The notes below the pieces were generated by a model, which was not told the DNA's origin, ran no database searches, and saw nothing but the letters and a program-made list of their open reading frames with translations. A DNA stretch of 64,000 nt, from NCBI GenBank assembly GCA_023254095.1, contig JALNLM010000003.1:1-64000 (forward strand), written 5' to 3'. Shown piece by piece: positions 1-8,152 of this stretch. Each line of letters begins with the position of its first letter. Position 1 is the first letter of the stretch. A program made the position numbers and the translations under genes. Source of the DNA: Candidatus Geocrenenecus huangii (GTDB taxonomy: Archaea > Thermoproteota > Nitrososphaeria_A > Caldarchaeales > Wolframiiraptoraceae).

Positions 1-1322
1 ACCCTAGCGTTGATCAGCTCATCTCCTGTCATCTCATCAGGCATTTCTATATCTGGGAACCGTATTCTATCATCATCGTCCATTGCGCAGAAGAACGCGT
101 AGAATACGGTCGCATTTATAAAGTTCGCCACGGGGTAGTCTTCATCTGGATTCGTGACGTTATGCCATATGTTGAGCGGCCCCACGAATGTCGGGGCATA
201 CTTATCTAAACCATCTACCTGCTCCACACCCAGCGTTCCATTGATGATTTTTCCATAGTATATTGTCTGGTTTACTATTACTGTCTCCCACCAGACTCTT
301 ACTGTAGCGTTCAGGTGTGGTGCTCCAATCGGTTGTCCTGCAACTATTCCTCCGTGAAATACCTGTTTCTTGTTTATGTTGAATATCTGGAGTGGTATTG
401 GTACTAGCTTGTTGTTCTCGAATTTACCGTCCTTTAATCCTTCCTCTGGCGGGTAGATTTCTCTGGTGTATCTCGATTGGCCGTCCTCTCCTGTTACTGC
501 GGCCTGTATTAGTGATGCTTCTGATGTCGGGTCGGTGTGGTCTAGGTCGTAGATCTTTATCTGGGCGAAGCTCAGATTATCCTTAACATCATACCAGCTG
601 TGAACGTGGAATAGCTTGAATATCTTGGCCGCGCGAGCAACCCAGGCATTCTCAGGCTTATTGAATGCCTTGGCAAAGCTCGCCAAATTCACGCCAGTAC
701 CATCTAGCAGATCGAAAGTACCTGATTTCGAGAAGTCGAAGCCCGCCACTGGATGAGTGTATAGTAACCCGTCTATGTTTACTGAATGGTTCCCTGGGAC
801 TGTTACGGGGAAACCTATCATGTCCCGTATCTTGGTCGGATCCGCGCCCCTCGGCGGTATCAATAATCCATAGATTATTATTCCTTTGAATGGTGATCCT
901 GCACCTATCTTCTCCCCATAGTAGCTTTTCGCTTTAACCAACACCAGTAGGCCCCAGGTATCATCTACAGACCAAGAGATCTGTACAAATCCTGTAGCGT
1001 TCGGCTCAAATGTTCCCTGGAGTGGAGTGTAACCCCACTCGGGCTTGATTCCATAGACCTCGACGAAAGCCTCCATATCAGTAACGTTGAACCTATCAGC
1101 AAAGCCCTTGTATGCAGGGTCAGGGCAGACAGGGGAGCCAACGGTAACAGAGCTACCGTCAGGCAATATGCAAGTGTTAGTTCCTTTCCATGCAGGTGTA
1201 ACGATTTTAAGCCATGCAGTCTTGGCTGCCGCTACTGGCGTGGTGACCAATGTCGCTGCTATGATCGCCGTCGATAGAATCAGCAGAGAAATAAAAACTA
1301 AACTAACAATTTTTCTATTCAT
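1..1322 (-). CDS. Large secreted/cell-surface glycoprotein (S-layer-like), 5' part only; continues past the left edge
   Basis: Not in the ORF track because it has no stop in the window. Manual translation from ATG 1322 (GAGGA upstream) gives MNRKIVSLVFISLLILSTAIIAATLVTTPVAAAKTAWLKIV..., a Sec signal peptide. The frame is open for 440 codons with many N-x-S/T sequons (NVT, NAT, NLS, NQT, NGT). Confidence 0.75.
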   Translation of the reverse strand, partial: MNRKIVSLVFISLLILSTAIIAATLVTTPVAAAKTAWLKIVTPAWKGTNTCILPDGSSVTVGSPVCPDPAYKGFADRFNVTDMEAFVEVYGIKPEWGYTPLQGTFEPNATGFVQISWSVDDTWGLLVLVKAKSYYGEKIGAGSPFKGIIIYGLLIPPRGADPTKIRDMIGFPVTVPGNHSVNIDGLLYTHPVAGFDFSKSGTFDLLDGTGVNLASFAKAFNKPENAWVARAAKIFKLFHVHSWYDVKDNLSFAQIKIYDLDHTDPTSEASLIQAAVTGEDGQSRYTREIYPPEEGLKDGKFENNKLVPIPLQIFNINKKQVFHGGIVAGQPIGAPHLNATVRVWWETVIVNQTIYYGKIINGTLGVEQVDGLDKYAPTFVGPLNIWHNVTNPDEDYPVANFINATVFYAFFCAMDDDDRIRFPDIEMPDEMTGDELINAR

Positions 1323-2055
1323 CGTCCTCTATCAGGTTTCGACCGCTATTTAATCCATCTCATTCTAGACCCATTCTAAAAAGTAGAAACATAGATCTAG
1401 ATTAATACAGAGAAAACACTGGATGAATACTCCCGTAGAAAATGATCAGAAATAGGCATTCTAGCAATTAGAATGCATAGAACAAAAATGCATAAATAAA
1501 CATCAAAATAAACTCCAACAGAACTTACCGAAGAAGAACATAAGAGATAAACAGATATCGAGATACAAGCTATCCAAGTCATAAACATGAGGAAAATCCA
1601 GAACATAAGATAAACGAGATATACTACTGGCCAACGACAACCAACAATATCTTAACACGCCACCTCATATACGAACCAGCTGAGAGCTATTATCCTCTTC
1701 ACTACTTAATGCATTATAACTTAAAAGAGCCATATATCAACAGAAGCCTCGGGTAGCTCCTACATCACGGATGAAAGCCTCTTCTCCATCTAAAGGTATC
1801 CTAAATAATTTGTTTTCCATCTTCTCTCCATCTATCTTAAGAATGTATATCTAGGCTCTTCAAATTACGTAACTATAGACTTATTGAGAAGGCATATACA
1901 CCTCTATTGTTTACTGCTGACAAGGGGCAGTGCACGTCGTGATCGAATCGTCGCCGATACATTAGTCACGTTCTATCCGGTCTTATTTCTATCCAGTATC
2001 TCGATATGCCTTTGTAGAAAGAGTTGTTTAGCTTCCCCTCTATGAAGAAAGTTCT

Positions 2056-2181
2056 TCATGCAGCTTGCTGAGCCGCGAAACAAGCCCAGTTATGATCATT
2101 AATCTCTAAGCTCTTCCTAGCATGTTTTAGATCAGCTTCAGCACTCTCAAGCCAATTTACAACTTCATCCCTTATAGACAC
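2056..2181 (-). pseudogene. Truncated HEPN-domain gene fragment
   Basis: GTG-start frame (M)SIRDEVVNWLESAEADLKHARKSLEINDHNWACFAAQQAA* matches the N-terminal half of archaeal HEPN proteins (W..A..DL..A......WACF.AQQA.EK). It stops before the EKALKA motif. Confidence 0.7.
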
Positions 2182-2507
2182 AAGGTATCCACCTTCTACA
2201 CAATGAAGGAATATAGAATTAAATCTTACGTTTTTAAGCTAAGGCACTCGTCAACTTTTACCTATCTCTTTCTCCAACATCTCCATGACCCGCCACGTTT
2301 TCGGCTCATTATACTCCTGAGATTTTGGAGGGAGTGTAAGAGGCCACGAGTGGAGGTTAGCTGGGCGAGAGACTCTAAAAATGATTGTGCTGGATCCTCC
2401 AAAAGATTTACGAAGAAGCTTCCAATGGAATATGTAGTGGAAGTTTAATAGGCTCATAGAGATGGAAATGAGTTTATGAGTATGCTGAGCGTCAGCTCGA
2501 GAATAGT

Positions 2508-2930
2508 TTAATACTCTGTATATTCTCTGAATAGCCTCTTTACAGCCTCGAGTGTTTCCCTCGCTAATTCAAGTGACTCCACCGCATCGGACTTATTGAA
2601 AAGAAGGTCTGCTGGAGTCATTGAGAGCTCATCACCATACATCGCTGGCTCTCGTTTTTCTGCTAGTTTTCTAGAAGTTTCTGCCAGCTTATTGACAGGA
2701 AACCATTGAGGAAACTTATCCCTAAATTTTATCAAGACCGGTCCTACATCGTGTTTCTTTGGATATTCTATTCCGAGAAGCCTCAGGGCTGCCTTGAGTC
2801 CGAGCTCAACGGCTTCCTGCGAGCTACGAATAGAGTAGGCCAGGCTTCCCTCCCTCAGTTCTCTTTCCGCCGTCTCGATCCTCCTGAGTGATTGGTTTAA
2901 AAGAGATTTTGCGGCTTCAATGTTCTTCAT
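2508..2930 (-). CDS. HEPN-domain protein (toxin partner of MNT)
   Basis: SQEAVELGLKAAL, YPKKHDV and REPAMYG motifs. Probable start MKNIEAA at 2930 overlaps the MNT stop (ATGA). Confidence 0.85.
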   Translation of the reverse strand: MKNIEAAKSLLNQSLRRIETAERELREGSLAYSIRSSQEAVELGLKAALRLLGIEYPKKHDVGPVLIKFRDKFPQWFPVNKLAETSRKLAEKREPAMYGDELSMTPADLLFNKSDAVESLELARETLEAVKRLFREYTEY

Positions 2931-3676
2931 ATCTCTATCACTTCTCCGATCTTTGCGTCCGGCTTTAGTATCCAGACCCATTCATTTTCTGCCAGCCATA
3001 TTCTTTTGGCCCCGAGTTCCCTCATTCTTCTCATTATTTTCATTGCTTCCATCTTGTAGGTCCCATCGTCAACTATGGTTATGCCCTCATCAACTATATC
3101 GAGAACTATTGGTGGATGGGCCTGAAGCATACGGCTGCTTAAGGGGTGGAATGATAAGTGGGTTGATACTCCGTTATTTTCCAGCCACTCCATTTCTTGA
3201 GCTACTCTTGATGAGTATTCTAGGTCTACTAGCTTATCTAATGCCTCTCCAAGTGATCTAAATGCATCTGAAATTATGAGGAGGTCTACGTCGCTGTCTT
3301 GCCCAGCATTTCCCCTCGCAACAGAGCCGAAGAGCACAATGCTTTTTATGCCGATGTTCCTCTTTATTGCCTCGTTGCCGAAGATCCCTATTAGCCTGCT
3401 GTATCTTTGTTGTGGTATCTTCTCGAGGTTTCTTATTATTCCAGCTACGCTTAGCAGGTAAGTCTCAGGGTCCGCGAGCCTATAGAGCCAACTCCTCGGT
3501 TTCTTTTCATGGACGTAGACCGCGCCGGCTTCCCTCATCCTCACCAACGCCATTCGCGCGGCTCCATCATCCCTCAACAGTTCGGCTACATCGCTTGAGG
3601 TAAATGTTTCTGGGCCAAATTTTCGGTATAGCTCTGCATAGAGTGCTCCGAGCCTTTGAGAGAGCCACTTAGCCAT
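2927..3676 (-). CDS. Minimal nucleotidyltransferase (MNT) antitoxin with N-terminal winged-helix domain
   Basis: LFGSVARGNAGQDSDVDLL is the GSx10DxD motif. The N-terminal ~80 aa are wHTH-like. Translationally coupled to the HEPN gene. Confidence 0.85.
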   Translation of the reverse strand: MAKWLSQRLGALYAELYRKFGPETFTSSDVAELLRDDGAARMALVRMREAGAVYVHEKKPRSWLYRLADPETYLLSVAGIIRNLEKIPQQRYSRLIGIFGNEAIKRNIGIKSIVLFGSVARGNAGQDSDVDLLIISDAFRSLGEALDKLVDLEYSSRVAQEMEWLENNGVSTHLSFHPLSSRMLQAHPPIVLDIVDEGITIVDDGTYKMEAMKIMRRMRELGAKRIWLAENEWVWILKPDAKIGEVIEI

Positions 3677-3678
3677 TC

Positions 3679-3707
3679 GTTACTATGATTGTAACACTTC
3701 TATATAA
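3679..3707 (-). promoter_or_regulatory. TATA box plus palindromic operator candidate of the MNT-HEPN operon
   Basis: TTATATA on the minus strand (3701-3707) lies ~25 nt before the ATG, so the transcript is likely leaderless. A GTTAC-N7-GTAAC inverted repeat at 3679-3695 sits between the TATA box and the start. Confidence 0.55.
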
Positions 3708-3729
3708 CGTATCGCACCTAATAATAAGC

Positions 3730-3793
3730 AGGCTTAAGGTTCCGGGCTACGTAGTCTTCGATAGACATTTGTAGCTTCGGGAATCATGAGCCT
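3730..3793 (+). ncRNA. Putative small structured RNA (long imperfect hairpin)
   Basis: Nested pairs AGGCTTA/TGAGCCT, GGTTCC/GGAATC, GGGCTAC/GTAGCTT and GTCT/AGAC, with G-U pairs on the + strand. TATATAA lies ~25 nt upstream. Confidence 0.4.
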
Positions 3794-3856
3794 CAAAAAA
3801 CAGTTTCTTCAGATAATGCACTATGAAATATAGAATAGATGATTGAAAGAGAAGAA

Positions 3857-4531
3857 TCATGTTGATGAGAGTTTCTCTATCGCTTCTTTTAACAGTTTTA
3901 TCGTCTCATTAAGCATTTCTCTTGTTTCTCTCGATTCTCTAGTTAACGTCTCCAGTATAGTTGCTAGTTTACTTGATATCTCTCCATACTTTTCTAGTAT
4001 AGTATTAAGAATCTTGTCTGTTCTTTCTGCAAACCCTCTAAACTCTTCACGATAATCTCTGAACTCACCTACGAAGCTTCGGAACTCACTCCTGTAGTCT
4101 CTGAATTCCCCTACGAAGCCTCAAAACTCATCTCTATAATCTCTAAATTCTCCCACGAAGTCTCTAAACTCACTTCTATAGTCTCTAAATTCTCTCCAGT
4201 AATCCATGAAGATCGACTCCATAGCCCCAAAGCCTTCCTGAAGTTCTTCATGTAGACGTGAAGGCTTAATTAAGAAATATTTTACAGCCGGTCTAGGTTT
4301 AACTTCTTCGACGTCAATAGCCTTAACGTATGCAGGAGGAGGTGGGGATTTCAACATCTCGATAAACCTTTCTACGATAGTATCATCCCCTTGAGCGAAG
4401 ACCGTCACAGAACCATCTTTCTCATTCTTGACGTAGCCTGACAAACCTAGCTCTTGAGCAGAGTCTAGAACAAATCTTCTAAAACCAACTCTCTGAACTC
4501 TTCCATAAACTCTTGCGAGAAAAGCCTTCAT
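3857..4531 (-). pseudogene. acyP: Acylphosphatase fused to a heptad-repeat coiled coil, interrupted by an in-frame TGA at 4121-4123
   Basis: GRVQRVGFR and GYVKNEKDGSV are acylphosphatase motifs. After the TGA the same frame continues GFVGEFRDYRSEFRSFVGEFRDYREEFRGFAERTDKILNTILEKYGEISSKL...KLSST* to 3857. Confidence 0.75.
4025..4192 (-). repeat. Eight tandem 21-bp (7-aa) degenerate repeats, EFRDYRx alternating with EFRxFVG
   Basis: EFRDYRS EFRDFVG EFRDYRD EF*GFVG EFRDYRS EFRSFVG EFRDYRE EFRGFAE. Confidence 0.9.
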
Positions 4532-4717
4532 AGTCAGCTAGGAACAAGATATACCTAGTCTTAAGGTTTTCCTTAAGCTCAACCTAGCTAAAAGAGTGCT
4601 GACAAACAGACTTATAGTAAAAAATGTGAAAAACTAGGAGATCCATGAAATATCTTCTACAACGATCTCCATGAATTCATGTATTGGTAACCGAGGTCTC
4701 GATGAGGTGGTTGGAGA

Positions 4718-5089
4718 TTATGGTGGAGGAGGTGGAGGTAAGCCTGGACCAGCTCTCCTTATTAATTCATCATACTTCAAGTACGCTATCAGCAAGAGTA
4801 CTCCTACGATCACTCCTCCAAATATGAACCCAATTATCAACCATGTAAGTGTTCTATCTTTTGCTTCACGGTATCTCTTCTGATCTATCAAGTCAATGAT
4901 TGATTTGATATTGTAATATATGAGTAGGTCGACCACGCCGAAGACTATAAACACTATACCGACCAAGAAGATCAAGGATAACGCTCCACCAATGATCCAG
5001 AGGATTCCAAACACAAGTGCCAAGATACTCGAGATCTTCAATAAAGAAAGGATAGTCTCAGCTTCAGGTGGAACACTACTATAACCCAC
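4718..5089 (-). CDS. Small multi-pass membrane protein with C-terminal polyproline tail
   Basis: About 3 hydrophobic segments; ends GPGLPPPPPP. Confidence 0.7.
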   Translation of the reverse strand: MGYSSVPPEAETILSLLKISSILALVFGILWIIGGALSLIFLVGIVFIVFGVVDLLIYYNIKSIIDLIDQKRYREAKDRTLTWLIIGFIFGGVIVGVLLLIAYLKYDELIRRAGPGLPPPPPP

Positions 5090-5372
5090 ACCTAATCACA
5101 GCCATTAAGATAAAACCGCTGAGAGATAAAGGTTTCTAGAAACACTAGGCAAAGTTATACAGAGAATCTTGGTGACAACAAGATCACAGAGATAGACGAT
5201 ACCAGTCTACCCTAATAAAACATCACAACCTGAACAATAAGAGACCATGACTATTCTCCTCACTTTACAGACCAGCTGACAACCGCCCCATAATGAGTAA
5301 AGATGCTTGGATGATAGTTTTATACTGGCTTTTACGCATATATCATAGTCATAAGATTAAGGTTGAAGACAG

Positions 5373-5825
5373 GTGGCCAAATCATACATCTTGAGGGTTG
5401 CTGGCGAGAATAATGAAAAAATAGTTTTTGAGAAGAAATGCTATTATACAAATCTGAAGAGGAGGTTCTCGCAAGGGGACCTCGTATTCTTTCTCATGAA
5501 GAGAGAATTCGACTCATTTATAGGATACGCCATAATAGACAAAGTTAAAGAACTCGCGGATATAGCCGACCCAGAGGAAAGAGAATTCTGCATCAACAAT
5601 AGATGGTATACAAAGATAGAGTTTAGCAGGATATACAAGTTTGATAGACATCTCCCCCTCAGGCTCGTCTTCCCAGGACTTCACAAACTCGGGAGAGCAT
5701 TACATGGGCTTGAATTAAACGACATAGAGGTTAAGAGAATCTTCGACCTCGAGAAGATATGTATGGAAGATGAAGAACTCTGGAGGAGATATATCGAGCT
5801 CGCTGGAAGAACTAGAACATTGTAG
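5373..5825 (+). CDS. EVE/PUA-like domain protein
   Basis: RRFSQGDLVFFLMK...FIGYAII...IEFSRIYKFDRHLPL pattern typical of EVE/ASCH/PUA folds. Confidence 0.55.
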   Translation: MAKSYILRVAGENNEKIVFEKKCYYTNLKRRFSQGDLVFFLMKREFDSFIGYAIIDKVKELADIADPEEREFCINNRWYTKIEFSRIYKFDRHLPLRLVFPGLHKLGRALHGLELNDIEVKRIFDLEKICMEDEELWRRYIELAGRTRTL

Positions 5826-6615
5826 CGGATTCTTTCTTCAAACCAGTCCCATAAAGCTTAGGCTTTTCAACGATCTCTTGAACATACTCTATCAAGTAAT
5901 TGTACATTTTATTCTTTCTAGTAAAGATCAGCGGCATATCTAGACCTGAAGCAAATTCATGAATGTACGGAATCTTCCTAGGCAGGAGATGAGTACGTTC
6001 TTTAAGTTTTTCTTCAAATCTTCTCATATCTTCATCATCTGATCTATACATGTTAATTACGGGATTAACCAAGCATACGAAGTTTGAATAAATGTTTTCT
6101 ATCCTATCCTCAAGTACAGATAACTCATATACCTTCGGCTTGATTACATAGACTACATAATTTGAGACATAGCTTACACAGGCTAAGACGTAATCCATCC
6201 ACGGCGGAGTATCTATAACCACGTAGTCTAGAGGCGAGCCACCAACAACCCATCTCTCATCTTCGAGAGCCTTCAAGATCCTCTCATCATTCTCAGAATC
6301 AAGCACCTCCATCCTCCTTCTCGAATCATCCGATGGATTCGCAGATAGAAAATACAATCTACCAGATTCTAAATTAAAGACTCCGCCAACATCTCTAGCT
6401 AATTCATTTAGAGACTTTTCTCCTATAATCCATTCATTAGAATATCCAGAGAAAATATCCGTAGATCTTGTAAGCTTCTCGATTACAGGGTTTAAGAAGT
6501 CTGCTTCAATGTATAATGTTCTACCATGCATTGATAAAATGTATGCTAGCGTCGAGGCCACAGTAGTAGCGCCTGACCCACTCCTCGAATGCTGGACAGA
6601 AACCACCACAGTCAT
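5812..6615 (-). CDS. MinD/ParA-family protein with degenerate Walker A (TadZ/CpaE-like)
   Basis: VVSVQHSRSGSGATTVASTLA (lysines missing), LYIEADFLNP, DYVVIDTPP, VINMY and KIPY. Probable ATG at 6615 (the ORF track uses an upstream TTG at 6645). Confidence 0.75.
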   Translation of the reverse strand: MTVVVSVQHSRSGSGATTVASTLAYILSMHGRTLYIEADFLNPVIEKLTRSTDIFSGYSNEWIIGEKSLNELARDVGGVFNLESGRLYFLSANPSDDSRRRMEVLDSENDERILKALEDERWVVGGSPLDYVVIDTPPWMDYVLACVSYVSNYVVYVIKPKVYELSVLEDRIENIYSNFVCLVNPVINMYRSDDEDMRRFEEKLKERTHLLPRKIPYIHEFASGLDMPLIFTRKNKMYNYLIEYVQEIVEKPKLYGTGLKKESATMF

Positions 6616-6837
6616 AGAAGTTACCAGTTCTAACCCGAAAAACAAAAACCAGAACTTAAACGTATATCGATAAAAATATCACTTTTACATCTGGACAACC
6701 TTTATTTGAAAAATAGTTAATTTAATTGATGAGAAGAGTATATCTCCATCTAACAATAAGCTTTTTTATCTGCTTAACAAATTTATAAGGAAAGTGCAGA
6801 AAATCGGCAAAAATGTTATATACCACCATGATATTGT

Positions 6838-6984
6838 ATGTCTATGCAACTAGAGGAATTTGCGTTAAAAGTAGGACTATCTAAAGAGCTACTAATTCTA
6901 CTATTAATCCAAGCAGCGATAGCAGCAATGCTCGTAACACTGGGTATCGGTATCGGAGAAAAACTCGGAAAAGTGCCAGGCTAA
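6838..6984 (+). CDS. Unannotated 48-aa hydrophobic peptide
   Basis: MSMQLEEFALKVGLSKELLILLLIQAAIAAMLVTLGIGIGEKLGKVPG*. Preceded by AAAAATGTTATATA (BRE/TATA-like) ~20 nt upstream. The stop abuts the convergent regulator's stop. Confidence 0.6.
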   Translation: MSMQLEEFALKVGLSKELLILLLIQAAIAAMLVTLGIGIGEKLGKVPG

Positions 6985-6989
6985 AGCGT

Positions 6990-8027
6990 TTAGCCCGTCA
7001 ATTTAACTTCCTTCAATATTTTTTGTAAACCATATTCGAATACGTTTATCCATCCTCTCCTATTATCATATAGGTTATAATGGGGGACAAAGTTTGCTGC
7101 ATACTCCATACTTAAGAAGTCTATCTTTCCTGATATCCCTCTCTCATCGATGTATCTCAACACCTTGTAGAATCCTACTGAAGGAACAAACAAGATGGAG
7201 TAATATTCTGAATCATCACTCTTCATCTCCAAATGCGTAAAGGGAATATCTAACATCGTTTTTCTAGTATAGCTATTGAAGTGAGTCTGAACAAACATTG
7301 GCGTGCTTACCAACTCTGGAAATCTCGTCGGCATCCAAAAAAGCATGTATAGATAGATTTTTGATACAATGTTCTGATAATGTTTCTTTATCGTCTGTCT
7401 AGATACACTCAATCTCCTGGCTATCTCTGAGTAACTAGTAAAGGGGTTTTTATATATTTCTGCAAGAATTCTAATATCTAAAGAACTCAATCCATGTATT
7501 TGAGTGGGTTCTTCAAGTATTTCTGGAACATCTTCGCTTCTTGATATCTCATCCCAATTCTGGATCCATACTCCATCATTGAAGTTGAAACAATCTGCTC
7601 TAAAAGGAACTACTCTCCTATACTGGAGCCTCTTAAGGACATATCTCTTCACTATATTTAACTTAACCAGCTCATCTAGGAAATTGCTGAAAGATTCTTC
7701 GAATTTTGGTGATGTTGCGAATAGTGTTAAAAACTTTCTCTCATTTAAAAGATAGGCATAATAGCTCAGATACATTGATTCACCAAATAGGTCTAGCATT
7801 GTAGTGAGATAGTCTGGCCTTACTGAAAATTCCAGCATGACCAAGTACCATCGAAGTCCTAGTTTTCCATGGTTGATTGCTGGACGTATAGTAAATCCCA
7901 ACTTTGGTAATTTTTCCCTCAGGATGTATCTGACTGTTGTTATTGGTACTTCTGTTTCTCGAGATATAGCTGAGTATCTTGGACCATACTTCATTAATGC
8001 TTCTACAACTTTTCTAGTCTGGCTCAT
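6990..8027 (-). CDS. Transcriptional regulator with two Lrp/AsnC-like HTH modules
   Basis: N-terminal HTH (YSAISRETEVPITTVRYIL) and an internal HTH (LSSLDIRILAEIYKNPFTSYSEIARRLSVSRQTIKKHY), each followed by a RAM-like region. Confidence 0.7.
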   Translation of the reverse strand: MSQTRKVVEALMKYGPRYSAISRETEVPITTVRYILREKLPKLGFTIRPAINHGKLGLRWYLVMLEFSVRPDYLTTMLDLFGESMYLSYYAYLLNERKFLTLFATSPKFEESFSNFLDELVKLNIVKRYVLKRLQYRRVVPFRADCFNFNDGVWIQNWDEISRSEDVPEILEEPTQIHGLSSLDIRILAEIYKNPFTSYSEIARRLSVSRQTIKKHYQNIVSKIYLYMLFWMPTRFPELVSTPMFVQTHFNSYTRKTMLDIPFTHLEMKSDDSEYYSILFVPSVGFYKVLRYIDERGISGKIDFLSMEYAANFVPHYNLYDNRRGWINVFEYGLQKILKEVKLTG

Positions 8028-8152
8028 ATGGCTGCCACTTACTGTTTTACAGGAAAATTATGCTTGATTTAAACTTTTGTTACATGTATTTTCTGAAGAC
8101 GTATTAACTAGGAATGCTTGTTTCTGTACATTAGCTGACTACGTCGTTCTAA

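Noticed and set aside
392-1353. Three + strand ORFs (392, 665, 1087)
   Set aside because: They are antisense shadows of the long minus-strand secreted-protein frame.
1397-1606. 69-aa hydrophobic ORF
   Set aside because: Low-complexity composition caused by the A-rich opposite strand; no SD or recognisable motif. Not supportable.
2203-2457. Overlapping 81-aa (+) and 68-aa (-) ORFs
   Set aside because: No recognisable domain in either; they lie in a decayed region.
3730-4123. In-frame TGA as selenocysteine with the downstream hairpin as SECIS
   Set aside because: The TGA replaces an Arg in a coiled-coil repeat, not a Cys. The hairpin folds better on the opposite strand, lies beyond a minus-strand T-run and lacks the GAA/A archaeal SECIS geometry.
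4025-4192. Tandem repeats as a CRISPR array
   Set aside because: Units are contiguous 21-bp in-frame coding repeats with synonymous variation and no unique spacers; no cas genes nearby.
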